From Felis catus (lineage: Eukaryota): a stretch of DNA of 64,000 nt. The stretch is from assembly GCF_018350175.1 (NCBI RefSeq), contig NC_058368.1, forward strand, positions 112,408,001 to 112,472,000, given 5' to 3'. Shown in pieces: positions 55,824-64,000 of this stretch. A program made the position numbers and the translations under genes. Within the stretch, counting starts at the first letter, position 1. Each line of letters begins with the position of its first letter. The notes beneath the pieces were generated by a model. It had not been told where the DNA came from. It saw only the letters and a list, made by a program, of their open reading frames with translations, and searched no databases.

Positions 55824-56245
55824 GTAAGTCTGGCCTGGATTTGAAGTCCTTGTATACTAACTAGTTTGGGCCTTTCCCCCAAGCAGGCCCAAACGTGCCA
55901 TCTGCTGTATATAGATAAGAACGTCATGGTGCAATAAAACCAGCCTGGCCTTTGGGGTCAGACGCAGAACACTCACTTCCCTTCTCCATAAGATGGAGAT
56001 AATAAGAGTACCAGCATTTTAGGCTTGCTGCGAGTTTTTGGCTTTGGGAACCCAGCTGGAAGACGGAGAAAATCCCAGTTCAGAACATTGTTGAGTGAGA
56101 CAGCAAGGCTCACCAACCAAAAAGCACCCGGGATGTGCGGGAGAGAGTGGCGGAAGGGGCCGCCGGCCATGCGCTTGTGACTCTGCCAGTGTCTTGACAG
56201 ACAGGGGCAGTTCGCACGTCTCACCTTGAAATTTCTCTCTTCCAG

Positions 56246-56286
56246 CTCCTGTCTATCAGCGGCTATTAGAGAGGATGAAGCATTAG
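56246..56286 (+). CDS. TGFBI: TGFBI exon 17 coding part (to stop)
   Basis: ttccag|...PVYQRLLERMKH* with TAG at 56284-56286. Confidence 0.96.
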
Positions 56287-56894
56287 TGCGGAAGATGTAG
56301 GAAGAACGCACTTCGGCAGCTCCCTGCCACTTTCTCTGAGTTTACCAAAGAGACTGAATGTTTTTGAAACCAAATATCACACACACTTCAGTGTATCTGG
56401 GCGGCACCATAATGAGATCTGAGCCCTGGGTGGGTGGAGGGAGGAGAGAAAGAGATGTCCTTTAAATTGTTTTCCCCCCACACGCGGCTGGTAACCTACT
56501 CCACGCAGAGACCTGGATGTCACTGCCTGAGAGTCGCTTCCAAAAAGGCCCTGTCCCAAACGTGGAATTTCCTGCCCATGCCAAGCGCTCTGGAGAAGGG
56601 AGCTGAGGTTTTGTGGAGCTCGCAAAACACGAATCACACGCTCCAGCATCCTGGTGGGGGGGAGCCCTGGCGTGGTCTCTGTAAAGCTCTTTAGCAACTG
56701 GAGAAATGGCATCATTATAAGCTATGAGCTGGCACTGCTCTGTCCAGCGCGTCTCGTGCCTGCAGGTGGTTTGGACACTTCTTTGTGGCCCTGTCCAGGT
56801 AGGAAAGAGAGGGCAGGTGGAACACGCAGAGCCCAGGATTTCCCAGGTGTGGCAGAGCCATCGTGTGTTGGTGAAAATAAAACCAAAGGAACAT
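56287..56894 (+). other. TGFBI: TGFBI 3' UTR
   Basis: Runs from the stop codon to just past the AATAAA at 56876, followed by GT-rich sequence. The end is approximate. Confidence 0.8.
56876..56881 (+). terminator. Polyadenylation signal AATAAA
   Basis: First AATAAA after the stop codon; downstream tgtgcctgtgtgg/tgtgtg GU-rich elements. Confidence 0.85.
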
Positions 56895-59658
56895 GTGCCT
56901 GTGTGGACGGGACCTGTGTGCTGGTCTGGGTATTCACGAGGGATAGGTTTCGGTTTCTCGCGGCTCGCGGGTCCTTCTTACCGGGGCTCCACCTGCAAGC
57001 GGCTGCAGTAGCCCTGAAAGGAGAGCTGAGGGGACCGTCTGTGGGCCGTGCTGAGTCTTTGCTGAGCTTTTTTCCTTTTCAGTCTCCACAGGCCCTGGGG
57101 GGCTGAGTCCTCAGTCTTCGCTTTCCTCCCCAAGTACCCATCTCCCTTGCAGCCTCGTGAGCCCCGCCTTCGGGTCGGACTTTGGAATGCTCAGCGTTCT
57201 GCCCTGTGAAGAACTTACAGGCACAGTCCCATTAGACAGATGAGGAGACCAAGGTTCCGGAAAGGGAGAGCCACTGGCAACACAGAAAATAGCTGAGCTG
57301 GGACTGCCTCCCAAGCCTTCTGCCTCCCAGAGACGAGGCAGGGGAGCCGTTCAAGGTTTTCTAGACCCAGACCCCCTGTGCGGACCCACACACAAATCCC
57401 TGCCCCTGCTCCTTTTGTCTTCTCCGTTTTGAAATATCCTCAGCACAGATAGGCTAGTGCAACCGGGGCATCACCACTCCCTGCCTATGTGGCCTTCACC
57501 TCTCAGGGCCTCTGTTTCATCATCTGTACCAGGGGGATGACCATATTATCTCCTTCCTGGGTCCATCATGAGGAAGAGATGAGATGATCCTGGTAAAAGG
57601 CTTAGCACAGCATCAGGTATCCTTACTCCCGTCCTGGTGTCGGGGATTGCTCAGGATCAGTGCAGCTGAGAGCCCTTCTCTGGTTCTGTCTCGAAGGCAG
57701 CCCACTTACTCGGAGCAGGGGGTCAGTGCTGCCTCCCACACTCTGCCAGGGCTGTCTGGCTCCAGCAGGCGGAGCCCATTCCACTTCCAGGACCCCGAGA
57801 CCCGAGGACGGTGCGTCCGTAGAGCCACTGCTGGCAATAGAGCCCCTGCCCCACAGCCTGGGGAAGGACAGACGTTACCTCTCACACCTTAAGGTCACTC
57901 ATCCATCGCCCCGAGGCGCTTCTCAGTGGCTCCACAAATAGCTGTGTTAGGCTCTGTTTTCATGAAGCTTCCCTGCTCATGGGGAAGCGAATTGGGAATC
58001 TGCTAGTGGCACTACCCCCTGAGCTTCTGTGACAGATGATGGAGAATCTGAGGAAGTAGGGGTGGAGGAAGGGATGCCAGGGAGCTCCCGGAAGTGGGAG
58101 GAGTGAGAGCAGGTTCAGGAGCTAGCCTGGGGGCAAAGGGCTCTCGGGGAGAGGGTGCCCTGAAAGGTGACATTTAGCCCCTTCTGCGGGCTGGTGCTGT
58201 TCCCACAGCTCTGCCCTGCTCACCTGCACCCAGGGGCTGCTGGTGATGGCTAGCTCTCGCAGAACTGCTGCAGCCATACCTCACTTAAGCACCCGAAATG
58301 CACACCCCAGACCTTCCAAGAAAACGCCAGAACCAAAGAAGTGGTTGGTGTAACTTTTAAAGATCCCTTAATTTAAAATAAAAATCAACACAAGTTCCTT
58401 AAAAACACCCTGTGTCCCTGCGACCCCTGCCCTGCCTCCACCCCAGCCTCCCCAACTAGGGGCTCCATTCTTTCAGCTGCCTGTGTCCTCCTTGTGACTG
58501 AGCATCACACACAGCCTGGCCCTGCCTTCCCTCCTGGGTAAAGAGGGTCAAGCTCCCTTTTTTGGGTCCTCAACACCCCGACCCCCGCCTGTGTTTTTCC
58601 TGGAGACCCCGGCTAAACATTCGGTGCTCCCATCTGGGAATGGATGCCCAGGGCTGGGGGAGCGGCCCCTGGATGTTTGGGGGGTGGGCGGCTGCTGGAG
58701 GGAGGTGTGTGCCTGCCGTGTATCCCCTTCCAACAGAAGCAACAGAAGGCCAGAGGCAGCCCAAGCCTGGGCCGGCCCTGACCACTGAGCCCCAATGAGG
58801 AAAAGGAAGGAGAGGGAGAAGGGAAGGGCTCTGCTTGGCTCCCTTCTCTCTGCTTCAGCCGCTGGGTGGCTGCCAGTGCCTCCGGGGTAGAGAGGAGCAC
58901 AGAGACCCTGAGCAGGGCCGTGCCTTTCCCACACAGGGCCACCTGGCTCTGGGGCCAGAGGAGGGAACCCTGCACTGGGCTATGCACTAAATGCCTTATC
59001 TTTCCTAGTCTTTACAGTCTTATAAACTAAGTGTGTATGAGTAGTTTTCATTTTACTGCTGTGGAAATGAGAGCTTAAAGAGGACGTCTGCCAGATGGCA
59101 GACCGGGCAGAGGCTGGAACATAAACCTGGCCCACGTGGCTCCAGACCTCACCCTCTCAAGCGCTCTGCCCTCTCGGCCCCACTCACACCGGGGTGTCTG
59201 GCCAAGTAGGACATGGTTCTGGGGGGCTGGAAAGGGTGCGACGCCCCCACCCCTTCTGAGAAGCCCCAGAAAGCCTGGTCTCTGTTTGCACAACTTAGAC
59301 CGTAACTTGTTTCTGTGCTGCTGGTGGCCAGGAGGGGGTCAGCAACAGCTGCGAGTGCCCGGGGCCACAGGGATGTCAGGAAGGAAGAGAGGAAGGGGAT
59401 TTCGCATGCAGGGAAAATGCCTTTGTGCTTGAAGCCATATTCAGTGTCATGGTCTGAGAGGAGCTGCCCGGAATACTGTGCTCAGAAATCTTTCCAAAGC
59501 CAGGAGAGAAAGCCATGGAATGAGGGATGGGCCCAGTGCCCTTTCCAGACAAGTCAAATGAGGCCATCTCTGGCCATCCCAGGCTGGCGAGGACAGAAAC
59601 GCATCCCCTCCGTGGGATCCTGTGGCCAAATGCCGGACTGAAGCAGTTTGGGGAGGTA

Positions 59659-59813
59659 CACACACTCACAAATGCTCACACATTCGTATGCATGTGCTCT
59701 CACATGGTCACACGCCTGCACACACTCATTCTCACATGGTCACACACCTGCACATACATGCACACACTCTCACACACTCGCACACTAACTCCCCCCCCCA
59801 CACACACACACAC
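59659..59813. repeat. CA-rich low-complexity repeat
   Basis: Degenerate (CA)n with a duplicated ctcacatggtcacac. Confidence 0.8.
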
Positions 59814-59989
59814 CCTTCCGCAGGCCTGAAAGGCCCCAGACAGAGCCTGGGGTGCAGGTAACTGGCGGTGGCAAGGGGACTCTGGGACCTGGGAGAGGAA
59901 GGGGAGCAGCAGGGTCCCACTGTCCCCCCCAGGAACCTCTGGCTGTGGCCTCAGGCCTGTTGGCGGCAGGCCGCACACGTCTGAAGCCT

Positions 59990-61010
59990 GATGATCAGTT
60001 AAGTATTTTTTCACGTGTGTATCTTCTTTGGAGAAATATCTATTCAAGTCTGTGCCCATTTTTGAGTTAGGTTGTTGGCTTCGTGAATGTTATAGAAGTT
60101 CTTTACATACTCTGGATATATTTTATTTCGTAAAATATATGACTTGCAAATATCTTCTCCCATTCTGTGGGTTGCCTTTTTACTCTGTTGATATTGCCCT
60201 TTGATGAATGGGAATTTTTCATTTTGATTAAGCCCAGTGTATCTGTTTTACTTTTGTTCCCTATGCTTTTGGTGTCATACCCAAGAAATCATTGCCAAAT
60301 GCAATGTTGTGAAGTTTCGCCCTATGTTTCTTCTAAGAGTTTTATCGTTTTAGCTTTTATGTTTAGATCTCTGTCCCATTTTGAGTTGTGGTGTCAGGGT
60401 CTCACTTCATTTCATGCAGACCCCAGTTTTCTCAGTAACATTTCTTGGCAAGACTGTCCCTTTCCTGTTGAATGGTCTTGGTACCACCACCTTTGCAAAT
60501 CATTTGGCCATATCTGCAAGGCTTTATGTCTGGGATCTGTTTTCTATTGGCCTATATGTTGATTTTTATGTCAAAACCACACTGTTTTGATTACTGTAGC
60601 TTTGTAGTGAATTTTGAAGTCAAGAACGTGAGTTGTCTGACTTTGTTCTTTTTCAGGAGTATTTTGCCCAAGCAGAGTCCCCTGAGATCCCAAATGCATT
60701 TTAGGATGGATGTTTCTATTTCTGCAAAACAAAATCAAACAAACAAACAAAAAAAAAGTCATTGGGATCTTGGTAGAGATTTCACTGAAAATGTAGATCA
60801 CTTTGGGTAGTATTGACACATTTACAGGATTAAGTCTTCTGGCCCATGGACCCAGGATATCTTCCATTTATTTTTGTCTTCTTCAATTTCTTTCCATAAT
60901 GTTTTACACTTTTCAGTGTGTAAATCCTTCATAGAACCTGGGTTAAATTCATACCTGGGTGTTTAATTTTTTGATGCTATTGGAAATGGCGTTGTCTTCT
61001 TAATTTTCCA
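59990..61010 (-). mobile_element. LINE1 ORF2 remnant (old L1M)
   Basis: Minus-strand ORF 60571-60867 contains SILPKVIY...KIPMTFF and DFKIHYKATVIKTVW, recognisable L1 ORF2p motifs; disrupted. Confidence 0.9.
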
Positions 61011-61011
61011 G

Positions 61012-61790
61012 TTTGTGTTTAAAGGATTGCTTTGGCTTCAGGGTGGAGGGAGGGAGTAGAAAGAGACTGGGAAGCCAGTCAGGAGATTGTTACAGTCATC
61101 CGGTCAAGGGACGGCGCAGGACCAGGGTGGTGGCACTAGAAACGGGAGGACATGGAAGGATGAGATCTATTCTGGAGGTGCAACAAATAGGACTTGGAAC
61201 TGGGTTCGAGGAGTGGTGTGAAACAAGAGGAGAATTCAAAAGTGCTAATGTTTCCACCTTGAACATCCGGCTGAAAGGTGGTGCCAGTTTTTTCTAAAAT
61301 GCAGAAGAATGAGGGAGAAGCTGTCGGGAGAAGAAAACTAATCGCTCTACTTTGGATGTTTCGAAGCTGGGGAAGCCAGTTCAACATCCGGCTCGGGTGT
61401 CAAAGAGGTTTTTCGATATCCGAGCCTAGAGCTCAGGGAAGAGGTCAGGACCGAGTTGCGGTGTTTGGGAGCCATGACACTTAAGGGTTGTTCACAAACG
61501 GTGCCTGGGTGAGATCACACAGGTCAAGAAGAGTGCCTTGGGTTTCTGTAGCATCCAGAGGCCTGGCCAAGGCAGAGAAAGCTGCAGAGGGACCCGAAAA
61601 GTTGTGTGTGGAGCCCTGGATGCCAAGGGAGGAGAACCTTTCCAGAAGGATAGAGTGTCAGCTGTGTTAAGTTACTGGTATGCCCCTGGGATTTGGCCAC
61701 ATGAATGCCCTCAGTAGCCTTGGCAAGAACATGGTCAGTGGAGGCAAGAGGACTGCATCTGAGTGGGAGGGCACATAGGTGAGACGGATA
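61012..61790 (-). mobile_element. LINE2 fragment
   Basis: gggaagccagtcaggagattgttacagtcatcc...gagatctattctggaggt...atttggccacatgaatgccctcagtagccttggcaagaac, L2-like. Confidence 0.65.
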
Positions 61791-62861
61791 CGTTTTGTGG
61801 TCTGAGTGTGTGAATAGATGCCCTTTTCAGGGAACGAGAGCCCCGGGGCGGGGGGGAACCTGGACATTGTCTATTCGTTCAGCCTCCTCCTTCATGTCTG
61901 GCTCAGAAGCCCCTTCCACCATCCCCCATGCATCCATTATCATAGCCTTCATCACTTATTTGGAGTAGTTTTCCACTTCCTTTCTGCCTCCCCCTCCTAA
62001 AGAGTGAGCTGCTCTCAGGTAGGGACTCTGTCCCAGCACCCGGCACGGGGCCCGGCTCGCGGTAAGCGCTCAGTAGGAACTACCCCAAAGCCTGGTTTCC
62101 AGACAGGCAATAGCTCCTTTCTTCAACAAGGTGGCCTCAGGCCCCTTTTCTTCTCTGAAAAGGAAGAGGAGTCTTCCCAGATACGGGGGATCTCCTCTGG
62201 AGGCTGTTACGCATGTGGATGGGAGGAAGCATGAATCCAGGGCTCCCCTGAGGTCTCTCCCCGGAAAGCAGAGGGTGGCCTGCTCTGCTCTGCTTCAGTC
62301 CACTTTGGCTAAGAGGCCTCCCCCTCACTCAGAGGGGACACCCGTGGGCCAGCAGGCCCCAGATGGAGGAGGACGTCTGGTCCAGACGGCAGACATACGG
62401 CTGGGTAATCACGCCATCGAGCAGGTGACTTCATCTTGAGCGGGTGACCTGACCCTCTAACCCCTCTGGGGAGGAAGTTTCATGCTTAGGTAGTTTTCAC
62501 CGTGTGCAGGATCCTCTCCCTCCAGTTCTATTGAAGGAAGAAGGTCTGCGATTGGGAAGCAGCAGAGACAGAGGGGAAAGACTTTGGATTAAATATCCTC
62601 ATTTGGGCGGAAATGAGTTTTTGAGGGAACAGATGGAAAAACCACTCTCTCCCCTGTCAGTTGGGGCCAGTACGTCCCTATGGCTTCCTGGCAACAGCCC
62701 ATAAATAATTCGAGCTCAAGGAAGCCATCTGCATGCGGGGACCTTTCCCTGATGACAGCGCTCAGTCGGGCTCCCAGAGGTGGATAGAGAATGAGGCAAA
62801 CAGACCTGGGGGTGGCGTCGCCACACTGTGGTCAGTCAAGGAGGGGAGTGACCTGAGGCTA

Positions 62862-62868
62862 GCGTGCG

Positions 62869-62903
<35 letters not shown>
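62862..62903. repeat. (CG)n(CA)n microsatellite
   Basis: gcgtgcgcgcgcgcg(ca)n. Confidence 0.95.
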
Positions 62904-63954
62904 TCTTGTATCCTCAGTTCTTCCAGCACACAGGCACAGGAGCTCAGAACATATCTGAGAGCAAAGCAAGAACAGACTCTGACCTGCCAGGATGCAGCCT
63001 CAAATCCCAGTTCTACTGTGACAGGAAACACCACCAATCAGATCCCGTCGACTTCCAGCCTAGAGCAGGGCTTCCTCACCCTCCTTGAGCCCGGAGCTCC
63101 TGATGCAAGCTGGGACCCTCTCCTAGGGACACAGGCGCCTATACTCAGTTTGAATGACCGCTCACCCTTGAGCCCCGCCCTAAGTACATTTCGTACTGGC
63201 TGGAATTCTTTAGCACTGCGAGCTTCTTGGCACCAAGTTCTCTGCCTCCCCAGCATCCCACTTGGACACACAGTCAATGTACACCAATAAAGATAGCATA
63301 TATTTATAAAAGAAATATAAAATATTTATATAAAATATACACCAGTAAATATAAAATGTGGGCCATCCCACAGCAGCCCAGTTTCTGAGCCTGTGACAGT
63401 GCACACGGGCTGTCTGTCAGAGGCACAGGGGTAGGCAGACAGCAAGGGACTTGAGAGAGCCGTCACCAGGCCTGATGGGGAAAGGCCTTCTGGGGTCTCA
63501 TGGTGTGGCCCACCCACCGGCGCAGATGGAAATGGTGAGAAGCCCCGCGGCTGTCAAGAGTGTGAGAAGACCTTTCCTCAGAACTCAAAACGTTTTTAAC
63601 ATGAGAGAATCCACCCCGATGGGAACCCCTGTGCCCTTGAATGACAGGGAAGGACCACTATGTGGGGTTTATAGTTTATATCCTTGTGTCGACTCGACCA
63701 CAAGGACACCTCATACAGAAAGTCAGTCTTGGAAGGTGGTTCTCAATAGCCTACACCTTTTTTGGAAATCATGGAATTTATACCAGTAAGTGATTAAAAA
63801 TAAAAGCCCTTCAGTCATCTTTCTAACCACCTTTTAGCTTGAGAAAAATCCTATTTGTGAACTTAGTTTTATTTCCTAATGCATCTATCATATTCGTGTT
63901 CATGTTTAAATTTGATTTGAATTTGATTTACTCTAAGACAAGAATTCAGGGTCT

Positions 63955-64000
63955 CTTTTTTAAATGTTTATTTATTTATTTTTGAGAGAGACAGTGAGAG
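63955..64000 (-). mobile_element. Tail of a Can-SINE truncated by the window edge
   Basis: ttttttaaatgtttatttatttatttttgagagagacag, as in the other SINEC_Fc tails. Confidence 0.8.

Noticed and set aside
57171..57200. cgggtcggac...gctcagcg faintly resembles the 5' end of vault RNA nc886/VTRNA2-1, which lies between TGFBI and SMAD5 in human
   Set aside because: No proper A box, no B box (GTTCGAGAC) and no complementary 3' end with a T-run terminator; the following sequence is MIR-like. I saw no vault RNA in the window. It may lie beyond the right edge; an Infernal search with the Rfam Vault model would settle this.
60167..60867. ORFs with L1 ORF2p motifs as a possible active or domesticated gene
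   Set aside because: Short, frameshifted fragments of an old L1

Overview
Mammalian genomic DNA from a feliform carnivoran, inferred from numerous SINEC_Fc-type tRNA-derived SINEs. The window holds one complete, intact gene on the + strand: TGFBI (TGF-beta-induced protein / keratoepithelin / BIGH3). I read 17 coding exons by hand, from ATG 24179 to TAG 56286. All introns are GT-AG, and the 2052-nt CDS encodes 683 aa (signal peptide, Cys-rich EMI domain, four FAS1 domains, RGD). It has a CpG-island promoter and an AATAAA at 56876. The ~24 kb upstream and ~7 kb downstream are non-coding and contain Can-SINEs, L1, L2, MIR, MER33 and microsatellites; intron 2 carries an MLT1 LTR. Almost all ORFs in the supplied track are spurious. 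I found no convincing new gene system. The most notable unexplained structures are: a 23-bp tandem repeat built from heat-shock elements just upstream of exon 2; a ~300-nt pure purine (GAAA)53-(GAA)24 tract between transcription-factor motif clusters ~3 kb upstream of the promoter; a candidate intronic poly(A) site in intron 16; and substitutions at residues that cause human corneal dystrophy. Repeat boundaries and family names are by-eye estimates, and comparisons with human and mouse come from memory.
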